IMG/VR virus record: IMGVR_UViG_3300045988_171772
Coordinates: 32,001-96,000 of that record
DNA: 64,000 bases
Direction: 5' to 3' (one strand)
DNA from: a virus
Shown here: positions 17,119-26,597 of the stretch, piece by piece
Numbering within the stretch: position 1 is the first letter of the stretch
Layout: each line of letters starts with the position of its first letter
Program-made: the position numbers and the translations under genes
The notes under the pieces: model-generated
Told to the model about the DNA's origin: nothing
Databases searched by the model: none
What the model saw: the letters and a program-made list of their open reading frames with translations, nothing else

Positions 17119-17562
17119 TTAGGAGTCATCTTTCTCGTCATCCATCGGGATATCAAACCAGTGATCGTTGATATACTTACCAACTTTCACCACAGGGTCT
17201 CCCTTGAGATGGTAGCTGCCATCCTTTCTCTTCTGATATCCATACTTCTGACAGGCTTCATCGAAAAGCTTCATGAATCGGTTGAAGTTCTCATGAATAT
17301 CATCGTGCATATCAGAGAAATCAAAGAGATCGTCCATAATTCTCTCAACGGGAGTCATAGAAGGAACGACATTCTCGAATTTCTCGGGAATAGTCATCTC
17401 GGCATCATCGGTTTCTTCCTGCTTCTTGATCCGAGAAATCTCGTTGACCAAAGCTTCCTTAGCTCCCTCAGGAGTATCGAAGTCGATGAAAGGATCATCC
17501 AAGACATTCTTGGCTGCCCGCAGGATGAGATCTACCTTTCTCTTATAAATAGAATCGTTCAT
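17119..17562 (-). CDS. hypothetical protein (147 aa), paralog of the next gene
   Basis: GGAGGT RBS; FNRFMKLFDEACQKYGYQKRKDGSYHL..VGKYINDHW matches HKYVELFERACSHYCFQPSKTGEYLL..VSKFIRENW. Confidence 0.75.
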   Translation of the reverse strand: MNDSIYKRKVDLILRAAKNVLDDPFIDFDTPEGAKEALVNEISRIKKQEETDDAEMTIPEKFENVVPSMTPVERIMDDLFDFSDMHDDIHENFNRFMKLFDEACQKYGYQKRKDGSYHLKGDPVVKVGKYINDHWFDIPMDDEKDDS

Positions 17563-17566
17563 GGTA

Positions 17567-17764
17567 TTACCTCCAATTTTCCCGGATGAATTTACTGACT
17601 CTCATTTTCTGATTCTCGGTCAGAAGATACTCACCAGTCTTGGAAGGCTGGAAACAATAATGACTGCAAGCTCTCTCAAAGAGCTCGACATATTTGTGAA
17701 GACTTTCCATACCGATTTCAACCTTCCGCCGTGATCTGGGTTTGACTTCCATTGTTGCTGTCAT
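17567..17764 (-). CDS. hypothetical small protein (65 aa), paralog of 17119..17562
   Basis: GGAGGA 7 nt before ATG 17764; overlaps the 3' end of the upstream gene in another frame. Confidence 0.55.
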   Translation of the reverse strand: MTATMEVKPRSRRKVEIGMESLHKYVELFERACSHYCFQPSKTGEYLLTENQKMRVSKFIRENWR

Positions 17765-18767
17765 CTTCCATTCCTCCAACGGGTTCGACAGAGATGACTC
17801 CCTGGATAATATTCCGATGAGGAATCTCCTTCAGAAGTTCCTCGGTTTCCTCCTCTGTCTTAGGAGAGCTCATGAGCATATTGTAAGTACGCAGAGAGGA
17901 GGAGATCTGAGAACCTTCCTTCTGCTCCAAGCTGTTGCTGATCTCCTCCGAACGATCCAGAAGAGTATTCTTCATCTCCGGAGTTGCATAGGCGGTCCCT
18001 TCGATGGAATCGAGGACACTCAGCAGACAATCCGAGGAGATGATACCGAACTTCTGAGACTTGATAAATTCATGGATGGCTTCGACATAGTTGATGGCCA
18101 TCGGATGGAAGATGACACAGTGATCAAACTTCCACCAATTGATATCCAGGCGAATGTCATCTTTGATTTTGCTCATGGCATCGGTACCATAGACGATGAG
18201 ATCGATGCTCTCGAAAGGAATCTCCTCATCGAGCATCTGACGGAAGGTGAACCCCTCCATCTTATTCTCATCCAGATAGACACCACTTATGGGATCTTTG
18301 GTCATCGCCCAACGATAGAAGGTGAACCCCATCGGATCATAGGTCAGAAGTTCGGTAAAGATCTTCGGACTCACATTCTGGAAATTAGTACCAACCTTAT
18401 TGAGAAGACGATTGGTCTTAGTGACGCGGATCATCTTCTTCTGAGGAATATCCACAATGCACTCTTCCAGGGAATTCATCGGTTGATTCGCATGGTTCGG
18501 ATTGAGGATGTCCTCCATATTGAAATTGGAAGGGACATCCTCTGGTTCATGATTGGCATTCATGATCTTAGTAATCTCATCAATGCCATAGTCGTCTTTG
18601 GCCTCGGGTTTGGAATGCATCGGAAAGGAGGCGGTCACCTCCTTATTCGTCTTCGCGTGATAGTGGTTCGGATTTGCTGCTTTCTTCTTCTGGTAGATGG
18701 TCATGCTGATCATCATGATTGCAAACATACCAAAGCCTACCAAGATACCAATCATAATCGGATTCAT
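17718..18767 (-). CDS. membrane-anchored hypothetical protein (349 aa)
   Basis: N-terminal TM MNPIMIGILVGFGMFAIMMISMTIY; long ORF; plus-strand ORF 17742..18806 is its shadow. Confidence 0.8.
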   Translation of the reverse strand: MNPIMIGILVGFGMFAIMMISMTIYQKKKAANPNHYHAKTNKEVTASFPMHSKPEAKDDYGIDEITKIMNANHEPEDVPSNFNMEDILNPNHANQPMNSLEECIVDIPQKKMIRVTKTNRLLNKVGTNFQNVSPKIFTELLTYDPMGFTFYRWAMTKDPISGVYLDENKMEGFTFRQMLDEEIPFESIDLIVYGTDAMSKIKDDIRLDINWWKFDHCVIFHPMAINYVEAIHEFIKSQKFGIISSDCLLSVLDSIEGTAYATPEMKNTLLDRSEEISNSLEQKEGSQISSSLRTYNMLMSSPKTEEETEELLKEIPHRNIIQGVISVEPVGGMEDDSNNGSQTQITAEG

Positions 18768-18841
18768 AATACACTCATATCCTTTCTTTTCAAAGAGAGA
18801 ATCTGAGAGGCTCCAAATTCTGCCATACCTCCTTCCTATTC

Positions 18842-21526
18842 TTAGGATTCTGCCTCCTTGACATTCTTCTCACAGACTCTCATGACAGTGATCATACCAT
18901 TGTCTTCCACATGCTCCTCGGTCGTCATAATGACATTGACACTATGACCTTCAAAGGTATTATTGTGCGACACGAGGAAGATTTGCTCGGCATTGATCTC
19001 TGCTATCTGTTTATATAATATATCGAAAAATTTCGTTCTGTCGGAGGCGTACAATGGGCCATCCATCTCATCCAGGAGAAGGATATTATATTTGGTCGTA
19101 GCCTGACGAATGAGCGCAAAACTCAATGCAAGAGAGATGATCGACCGCTGACCCTGACTGGCTTTTACGATGTCATCCACCATCGTTCCATTGATGGAAT
19201 AGGGAATCTTGAATTCATCCTGGGTGATGACGAAATCCAATACCTCAATGGAATCTCCAAAGACATCGGAAATCAATTCATTGAGAATCTCTTTGCAGCT
19301 TCTTAGGAAGAGCTGGATATAGACCAGAGGAATTCCCTTGGAGGAAGAGACAGCTTCCACGATATACTTGAGAATCTCCTGATCCTCCTGCATCTTCTGA
19401 AGATCTTTGGAAGTGGACTCATATTCAGATAGAGCCAACCGATTTTGATCTTGGATTTCCTGCAAGACTTCGAGATCCTTCTGATTGGACTCGATCATCA
19501 TGAGGATAGGTTCCATCTTTCCTCTGAGTTGCTTGACTTTCTCCATCACATCCTTCTTGGAATCAAATTCAGATTGAAGCTGATCCTCATCACGCTTCTT
19601 CTCTGTGATCTGATCCCAGATCCTCTCATTCTCCATCAGACGAGTTAATGCTTTCTGAAGATCATCCTCCTTCTTCTGGAGATTGCGGTATTCCTCCTCT
19701 AAGTCAGAGCATTGCTTCGAGAGAGATTCTCCTTTCTTCTGTAATTCCTCATACTCTGTCTGAAGTTTCCCGGCATCACTCGCCTTGATAGATTCTAGCT
19801 GAGACTGAAGATCAGTCAATTGCAAAGAGAGCTTATTCTTCATCTCATAATTCTCAGATTTTTCAATACATCTCATGAGAAGATCATGATCATACCAGAC
19901 TTGACTCTGAAGAGAGGAGAAGATAGACTTGAAATCTCTTGCAATCAAGACATGAAGATTGGAGAGAATAGGAGCAATCTCATTCCACACCACTCTCATC
20001 GCCGAGATCTTAGAGACAATCACCGGATACTCTGCATATCGATCAATCTCCTTCTCGGTGAGATCAAGATTCTCCCGATTCTTTTTCGTCTCCTCATCCA
20101 TAGGAAGTCCCTGAAGAGTCTCCGCTACCGTAATCGGATGCGTCTTATAATAGGGACAGTCATGAGTCGGACAATCCGGAGGAAAGAATACAACATCTTC
20201 CGGTTTATACTGCTTCAGATAGTCGAAATTATTGAGTCTCTTCTGGATCTTACTCCTCACCTTGAGAAGCACCTCTGTCTTCTTCTTGGCAATGGTGAGA
20301 GAATAATCTCCATGTCGAAGAATATCCTGGACAGATTCGGGATTGTATAGAGAGATCTCGTGGATGAGAATATTGATGGTATTGATATGGCTCATGACTC
20401 TCATGAGAGTGGTGGAGTCATACTGATAGGAATAGGAAGAGACACTCTCACTCAATTCCACAAACTTCTTCTGGATCTGGTCATACTGATTCTCCAAGGT
20501 CTTGATCTGATCCTGAGAGACAGAAACCAATTTCTTTTCCAGAATGGTCTCTGCTTGCAGTCGGGTATCCTGACATTGGGCATCCAACTGCATCAACTGT
20601 GCCGAGATGGACTCCATCTTCTGCTTTCCAGCTCCAATGGCAACCAAGATATCTGAGATAGATCCATAGGGAGATTGAGAAGCATTCTCCTCCATTCTCT
20701 TTTCCAGATCTTCAATCTCTTTCTGCTTGGCATGGATCTGTACCTGGAGTTCGTCCATATACTTGGAGAATTCCGTTACGGTCATTCCATTGGTGGAAGA
20801 TTGAATCAGGACATTCATCGAGTTGAGTTTTTCTTGTAACTCTGCATTTTCTTCGGTGCGGATTCGAATCTGCTCAATCCCCTTCTCATACTGATTCCGG
20901 ATCTCATCAATATTTCCTTTACTGACTTTCGCCAGTCGATTGGTCATGACAGAGACCTGAGCATTCATCATCCGAAGATCATCATTCAGCTTTTTGTAAA
21001 GCATGGTATAGACTTCGGTATCCTGAAGAAGATTGGCCATGAAGGACTTTCTCTGAGAAGAGGGAAGATCGATCATGTTGGTGACATTGGGACCCAATCG
21101 AATGAGAGTCAAGAGATTCTGATCAATCCCAAGTTTGCTCTCCACCAGCATCTTGAAGTTGGTGGGAGATCCTGTGGGATTCAAATCTTTACCATCTTCA
21201 CTGATATAGGACCGAATGGTATGATGACCATTCTTCCAGGTATAGGTATGGACGATCTTGTAGAGTACATTTCCATCCCGGATATGGAGTTCTTTTCTCC
21301 CATTCTCTCCTGGAATTACGATTCCATCCTGGTTTCTGGCATCAATTGTACCAAAGTTGGCAAAGGGTTGGAGATGACCTAAGATCACCGTCTTACAGGA
21401 TCCCATCTTGCCAATAATAACATTGATCACCTTGGTATTCTCATAGAAGTCAAGATAGACATCTCTGACTCCGAGACCGGAATAGATATGAGAGAAATTG
21501 TGAAGGTGAAGATAAAGGATCTTCAT
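18842..21526 (-). CDS. Rad50/SbcC-like (T4 gp46-like) recombination ATPase
   Basis: Walker A GKMGSCKT near the N-terminus, long coiled-coil middle with CPTHDCPYY hook-like motif, C-terminal SQGQRS signature, LLLDEMD Walker B, VSHN. Confidence 0.8.
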   Translation of the reverse strand: MKILYLHLHNFSHIYSGLGVRDVYLDFYENTKVINVIIGKMGSCKTVILGHLQPFANFGTIDARNQDGIVIPGENGRKELHIRDGNVLYKIVHTYTWKNGHHTIRSYISEDGKDLNPTGSPTNFKMLVESKLGIDQNLLTLIRLGPNVTNMIDLPSSQRKSFMANLLQDTEVYTMLYKKLNDDLRMMNAQVSVMTNRLAKVSKGNIDEIRNQYEKGIEQIRIRTEENAELQEKLNSMNVLIQSSTNGMTVTEFSKYMDELQVQIHAKQKEIEDLEKRMEENASQSPYGSISDILVAIGAGKQKMESISAQLMQLDAQCQDTRLQAETILEKKLVSVSQDQIKTLENQYDQIQKKFVELSESVSSYSYQYDSTTLMRVMSHINTINILIHEISLYNPESVQDILRHGDYSLTIAKKKTEVLLKVRSKIQKRLNNFDYLKQYKPEDVVFFPPDCPTHDCPYYKTHPITVAETLQGLPMDEETKKNRENLDLTEKEIDRYAEYPVIVSKISAMRVVWNEIAPILSNLHVLIARDFKSIFSSLQSQVWYDHDLLMRCIEKSENYEMKNKLSLQLTDLQSQLESIKASDAGKLQTEYEELQKKGESLSKQCSDLEEEYRNLQKKEDDLQKALTRLMENERIWDQITEKKRDEDQLQSEFDSKKDVMEKVKQLRGKMEPILMMIESNQKDLEVLQEIQDQNRLALSEYESTSKDLQKMQEDQEILKYIVEAVSSSKGIPLVYIQLFLRSCKEILNELISDVFGDSIEVLDFVITQDEFKIPYSINGTMVDDIVKASQGQRSIISLALSFALIRQATTKYNILLLDEMDGPLYASDRTKFFDILYKQIAEINAEQIFLVSHNNTFEGHSVNVIMTTEEHVEDNGMITVMRVCEKNVKEAES

Positions 21527-21885
21527 ATGTTTACAATGCCTCCATGCTCACTGACGAATCTCTCGACATCATCCATGGCAACGTTTCCGTAGATATACCG
21601 AACTCCATCACCAGGAAGAAATCCAGTAGTCTCACAGAAATAATGATCGTCTAGAATCGGATCGGAATCCAGAAGACCAACCTCAACCGAGATATACTTC
21701 GAGGTAAACTCCTTCGGTTTGGAATAATGACAGGGAGATCCCTGAAGAGAGATAATGGTTCCATCTGCACAGACTGCTCAAGGTCTCACCGACATATAGA
21801 TCATACGATACTCCGGATCATGGGCATTATGATTCCGCATCTTGTAATAGGATGATTTCATCCAATCTGCTGCTGTCATAGACAT
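21523..21885 (-). CDS. hypothetical small protein with in-frame TGA at 21778-21780; translationally coupled (ATGA) to the Rad50-like gene
   Basis: AAAGGA RBS, ATG 21885, 35 codons, TGA, 84 open codons, then a terminal TGA overlapping ATG 21526. Confidence 0.5.
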
Positions 21886-21922
21886 AAAATCACATCCTTT
21901 CTGATAAGATGATATACGCTAT

Positions 21923-22189
21923 TTACTGATGTCTCTTTTTCGGTTCATCCATATAGGTGAACCAATTCCCTTGGGAATCCTGCATGATGGGTTTGTGACA
22001 GAATCTGCATCTGGAATGAAAACTACATCCATCATAGTATTCATCCCCATCATCCGGTTTGTGCCATTCCAGGATCCCATGATAGAACCAGGTCATTGCC
22101 TTGAAGGGATGGACATACCAGATGAATCCAAGGATCCATAATAGACCAAGGAGAAAACCCAGAATGGAAAAGACATACAACATACTCAA
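21923..22189 (-). CDS. small membrane protein with Cys/His cluster
   Basis: TM SILGFLLGLLWILGFIWYV; CSFHSRCRFCH; ATGA overlap with the upstream gene. Confidence 0.7.
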   Translation of the reverse strand: MSMLYVFSILGFLLGLLWILGFIWYVHPFKAMTWFYHGILEWHKPDDGDEYYDGCSFHSRCRFCHKPIMQDSQGNWFTYMDEPKKRHQ

Positions 22190-22974
22190 TCATCCTCTTC
22201 CTTCTCGAGATCTGGATTCGCGGTGCGGAATTCATCCGGATCTCCAATCGACATACTGAAGGTATCATCCGAAGATGCGATCAGAGGTTCATCGAGAGGA
22301 TCCCCAACCACATGCTTGGGATCTGCATCGGTGATGACAATGGCATACCGAAGATTGAAGGCTTCACATCCTCTCTCAAAGAGCAACCAGCTCAGCTGAG
22401 AGGTAGAGCTTCTCATCACAGATTTGAAGTTGAATCTGGCATTCTTATCCGGGAATTGATTCTGACACTGATCAATGTCAATTCCCTTCTTCTGAATTGC
22501 CATCTTCAGAATTCGTTTGAGGAGTTTGTCATTCTCCTGGATCTCAGGAATGAATGCCTTGGTAGAGACAGCCTTCTGTTTGGCATAGATACTCTCCTCA
22601 TTCTTCTCAAGATCCTTAGCCATCAGAATGGGATTCAGCTTTGCAATATGCTCCGGATCTGCCTTGAAGTACCTGCAGTGCTCCTCATTGTTGGGATCAC
22701 ATTCGACCAGATAATAGGTCTGGGTCTTTTTGTCCCAGTAGATACCAGGTTCATTTGCCAACTCTCTCAGCTGAGGACCCATATACCGATAGAAAAATCC
22801 ATTATAGAGATAGGCAGTCTTGGTGTCATACTCCCCAGAATCCGGATCCAACACCTTGATTCTCATACAGCCCATGGAACCCAGAAGAGCCATAGGCTGC
22901 TCATTCTCGTCCAAATAGCCTTTGGACTTCTCTTCTTCCACCTTGGGCAATTCGGTAAATGCAACGATTTTCAT
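22186..22974 (-). CDS. hypothetical protein (262 aa)
   Basis: AAAGGAG RBS; long ORF in operon. Confidence 0.8.
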   Translation of the reverse strand: MKIVAFTELPKVEEEKSKGYLDENEQPMALLGSMGCMRIKVLDPDSGEYDTKTAYLYNGFFYRYMGPQLRELANEPGIYWDKKTQTYYLVECDPNNEEHCRYFKADPEHIAKLNPILMAKDLEKNEESIYAKQKAVSTKAFIPEIQENDKLLKRILKMAIQKKGIDIDQCQNQFPDKNARFNFKSVMRSSTSQLSWLLFERGCEAFNLRYAIVITDADPKHVVGDPLDEPLIASSDDTFSMSIGDPDEFRTANPDLEKEEDD

Positions 22975-22992
22975 AGAACGTTACTCCTTTCT

Positions 22993-23691
22993 TTATTTGA
23001 GGGAAAACCCTCTGGAATTCTTATTGGCGATGACATTTCCATGAATGACATCGTCGATTTTGTTATTGGGATTGGTGGCACTAAAGCCATTACTCTCAAT
23101 GACATTCTTGTGTCTCTCTGCAAAGGCATAGACATTCAGCAATTTGAATGTCTCCTCTGCATAGGAATACTGCTTGAGGACATAGACAAAACTGCGAAAT
23201 TCTGCATAGGTCATCGTCGTCTGAATGTCAATGTCTCTCAGATGGATGAGGATACCTTCAAAAGTATTGTCTCCTCTCCTACATAGAGTTGGAAGAATGG
23301 TAACTTCTTGGGTATTGGGATACTTCCTGGAATCTCGGAAGGAGATCTTGAGAGAGTTATAGGCAGAATTGAAGGCCAACTTATTCTCCTCATCATAGAT
23401 AAAGAGATCCTTCATATTCTCATCGGTAAACCAATTCAACGCTGTCATACATGATTTGGTCATCTCATAATACTCATTCTCCAGAAAGAAAGTGGTCTTG
23501 GTTGAGAATGGCATCTCCCTTCTGGATTTCGGGGATATTACCAGATTCAGCCATACATTCGGAATATCCATCTCTGGTATGCTATAGCTGCCATCCTTCT
23601 TGGCATAATAGGAAAACTTCGGAATTGACACTACTGATGTGAGCTTCAATTCCGAAGTTGCAAATAGACATCTGGATAGTTTGTCAATCAT
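22993..23691 (-). CDS. hypothetical protein (232 aa)
   Basis: Long ORF in operon, tightly spaced. Confidence 0.8.
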   Translation of the reverse strand: MIDKLSRCLFATSELKLTSVVSIPKFSYYAKKDGSYSIPEMDIPNVWLNLVISPKSRREMPFSTKTTFFLENEYYEMTKSCMTALNWFTDENMKDLFIYDEENKLAFNSAYNSLKISFRDSRKYPNTQEVTILPTLCRRGDNTFEGILIHLRDIDIQTTMTYAEFRSFVYVLKQYSYAEETFKLLNVYAFAERHKNVIESNGFSATNPNNKIDDVIHGNVIANKNSRGFSLK

Positions 23692-23704
23692 GAGAGAATC
23701 TCCC

Positions 23705-25195
23705 TTATTCTTTCATCATGTAATTGATGAAATTGAGTGCTTTGCCATTTCTTAAATAATCTATGACTCTTTTTCGAGATGAGACACAATAGTCAAATCC
23801 AAAGTCATAGAGCATGACAAAGAGGGCATAATGATTCGGATCCGTAGAAGGTCTCACACGACCAGCAGCCTGATTGGCTTGAATTCTACTAATCTGATCA
23901 CAGGAGATGACACACTGGATATTCGGCACATCCAAACCGACACTGAAGGTACCATAGGTGGCCACAATGATTCTCCCATGTTGCTTCGTATCCTCTTTGG
24001 CTTCATCTTCCATATCTCCATAATATTCCATCACAGGTCCCAGGGTGTCTTCATACTTCTCTTTGACTCTGTGATAGATCTGATGAAGTCCATCCACAAA
24101 AGATGTTAGAATCAGAATTCTGGCATCCTTCTGGAATTTCTCAGAGTCTCTCAACTTATCCAGAATCACTTCAATACTCTGATAGAAGATCTCCTGGGTA
24201 TACTCATATCTCATATAATCCAAGATAGAGAAACCAATCTTCTTCTCGGTAGATTTAATAGCTCTCAGAGGAGGATGGGAATTGTAGATGATGGACATAC
24301 AGGTCACATACCGAACTCCCTTATTGGAAGTGGGTAAGATCGGTACATTCTTGAAGATATTCCGATATTTGTATGCCTTTGTGTTGCTAGACTGATTATA
24401 GTCGGCAGTCAGATAGTAGGTATACTCCACACTGGTATAGGCATCAATGGCAACCATAGATCGGATACTATGATGGGCCTCATCATAGATCTTGACTCCA
24501 ATTCCAAGAGAAGCAAAGAGATCGCTGATACCAGGATATCCATACTTCTTCGCATAGGAAGTCAACGTCTCATGGGAGATGAGAAAGATATCATAGCTGT
24601 GATATTTGAAGGGATTCTTCCTCATTCTCTCTAACATTTCCGATCCCTTGACTGTCAAGATTCTCTCTTTGGGAAGATCAGTTCTCTCCTCAAAGACTTC
24701 AGACCACTGATTGATCAATCGATCCATATAGGTGATCATCACAGTCTTCTTCTGATGGAATTGCAGCATATAGATCATAGCCAAGGTCTTACCAAAACCA
24801 GTCTGCATATTACAGAAGATCCTTCGATGTCCATTTCGGATTGCCATCTGTGCTTCCTCAATGAATTGAACCTGCTGAGGTCGTAATTCATCGATATTCA
24901 CCTGGAATGGATAACATGCCTCTGCTACTGTAGGTGGTACCATAACCGGAAGATATCCAGGAAAGTATTGACCTACTAGAAATTCCATGGATAGATCTGA
25001 GGGACATACAAAGACATGCTCTTTGGTCAGATAGAATCCGGAATAGGGCACAGCAAACTTTGCATTCTTTCTCCGGATACTGTATCTCTTTTCAAAATCC
25101 GGAGATAAATTGGATTTATAGGGACTGATCATCGTCCCTGTCGTCGTTCGATAGACATATCTCTCATGGTTGTCCATCCAACTTGCTTTTGGCAT
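23705..25195 (-). CDS. SF2 DEAD/DEAH-box helicase
   Basis: Motif I NMQTGFGKTLAM, motif II IYDEAHHS, motif V-like IVATYGTFSVGLDVP, motif VI QAAGRVRP. Confidence 0.85.
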   Translation of the reverse strand: MPKASWMDNHERYVYRTTTGTMISPYKSNLSPDFEKRYSIRRKNAKFAVPYSGFYLTKEHVFVCPSDLSMEFLVGQYFPGYLPVMVPPTVAEACYPFQVNIDELRPQQVQFIEEAQMAIRNGHRRIFCNMQTGFGKTLAMIYMLQFHQKKTVMITYMDRLINQWSEVFEERTDLPKERILTVKGSEMLERMRKNPFKYHSYDIFLISHETLTSYAKKYGYPGISDLFASLGIGVKIYDEAHHSIRSMVAIDAYTSVEYTYYLTADYNQSSNTKAYKYRNIFKNVPILPTSNKGVRYVTCMSIIYNSHPPLRAIKSTEKKIGFSILDYMRYEYTQEIFYQSIEVILDKLRDSEKFQKDARILILTSFVDGLHQIYHRVKEKYEDTLGPVMEYYGDMEDEAKEDTKQHGRIIVATYGTFSVGLDVPNIQCVISCDQISRIQANQAAGRVRPSTDPNHYALFVMLYDFGFDYCVSSRKRVIDYLRNGKALNFINYMMKE

Positions 25196-25221
25196 CTGAT
25201 TTCATCCTCTCATAAGGAAAT

Positions 25222-25818
25222 TTATACGAGAATGGGATAGAGATCACAATCAATGAGCTTCTTAGTAGGAACGCCCTCATTGATTCTCAGATAATCTAAC
25301 TTACTCCCATTCTCAAAGTGATTTTCTCGATCGGCACTGATCTTATCCAAAGTCAATACCACATCCGAAGTCAAGACTCCCAAATCTACCTCATGATAGC
25401 AGAATGCAATCGGAGTCTTGTAGGATCCTTCGAATTCGTACATGTTATAGTTGCAGAGATGAATCCTTGGATCAAATCTTTTGGTAGGTTTCGGTAACCA
25501 CCCGGATCGTACCTCCATATCATCTCCCATAGGGATTACCAACCATCCCAAGAAGACCTTTACTCTGAGATCTCTTCCGACTCTCATATAGGGTCTCTGA
25601 AATAGATAATTCAAGAAATTCGGATTGTCTTCCTGTTTATTCAATAGATGCAGGATTCCTTTTACGGTATCGGTATCATCATACCGAAAGAAGGACACTC
25701 CATTCTTCGGATAGATGGGAAGATCATTGCTCTTTGTGGCGGAATCATACAAAAGCCGTATCGATTCCTTGACAAAGGTCTTCTCTCCACTGCTGCGAAA
25801 CCTCTTCAAACCAAACAT
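25222..25818 (-). CDS. hypothetical protein (198 aa)
   Basis: Long ORF in operon. Confidence 0.75.
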   Translation of the reverse strand: MFGLKRFRSSGEKTFVKESIRLLYDSATKSNDLPIYPKNGVSFFRYDDTDTVKGILHLLNKQEDNPNFLNYLFQRPYMRVGRDLRVKVFLGWLVIPMGDDMEVRSGWLPKPTKRFDPRIHLCNYNMYEFEGSYKTPIAFCYHEVDLGVLTSDVVLTLDKISADRENHFENGSKLDYLRINEGVPTKKLIDCDLYPILV

Positions 25819-25976
25819 ATAGATCTTTCCTTTCTTTTTAACTTACTCCACGAAAATGATATATTAAGAAAAGTTTATTTTTCTAAACCGAATTTATTTT
25901 AAAGGTTAAAATCCCTATAGACGGATAAGAAGGTATATGAGTAATACGAATCTTACTCATATACCTTCTTCAAAGA

Positions 25977-26243
25977 TTACTGAGGAGTCTCTGTTTCATT
26001 GGAATCTTCTTCCACCTGTTTTGAACTCTGAATCTCGACAATCTGCTTCACAGATTTATCCAAAGATGCAGCATACTTTACCAAAGCCGCCATATTCTTA
26101 TCATTGGAGATATGGAAATGCTTCAGGCGAATCAAGATCAACTCCAACTGGACACTAATCTTGACAATAATGGCGATAAAGAAGATGATGATCAAGAGTT
26201 CGAAAGTAGGCATGTCTTGTGCACCACGCTTTCTGAATTTCAA
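25977..26243 (-). CDS. small membrane protein
   Basis: TM FELLIIIFFIAIIVKISV; hairpin 25934-25966 downstream. Confidence 0.6.
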   Translation of the reverse strand: MKFRKRGAQDMPTFELLIIIFFIAIIVKISVQLELILIRLKHFHISNDKNMAALVKYAASLDKSVKQIVEIQSSKQVEEDSNETETPQ

Positions 26244-26260
26244 AAGATTTATAGGTAGGT

Positions 26261-26473
26261 TTAGTTACCTCTCTGTGTCAACCAGAAGATGATCGCTACT
26301 GCAATCATAACCACAATCACAAAGTGTAGAATTCCTTGGAAGACTTCGATGAAGATGGAAAATGCTTCTAGGATGACAGCAGCTTTGAATATCATCGGAA
26401 AGACGAAGATGGCGACTGCCAATAGAAGAATGGAACCCAAAATGATCCATACTATGATCGATAATTTCTTCAT
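26261..26473 (-). CDS. small multi-pass membrane protein (70 aa)
   Basis: Three hydrophobic stretches; MKKLSIIVWIILGSILLLAVAIFVF. Confidence 0.6.
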   Translation of the reverse strand: MKKLSIIVWIILGSILLLAVAIFVFPMIFKAAVILEAFSIFIEVFQGILHFVIVVMIAVAIIFWLTQRGN

Positions 26474-26547
26474 AAAAGGACAATCAGCTCCTTTCTATAC
26501 AGTGTCTCCTCTTCTTTTTCTTTATTTCTATGTAAATATGTAAAAAG

Positions 26548-26586
26548 AAAGGCTATGAGAGCTTATATTAACGCCTCATAGCCTTT
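26548..26586 (-). terminator. stem-loop terminator after the RNAP genes
   Basis: AAAGGCTATGAG...CTCATAGCCTTT; T-run on minus strand. Confidence 0.6.
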
Positions 26587-26597
26587 TTAGATTTTCT

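Noticed and set aside
21778-21780. Selenocysteine at the in-frame TGAs (contexts P-*-A-V-C and M-*-A-C resemble U-x-x-C redox motifs)
   Set aside because: I could not fold a convincing bacterial-type SECIS hairpin immediately 3' of any of the TGAs. The third TGA (16586) has no nearby Cys. In-frame TAG and TAA also occur, so a general explanation is more economical.
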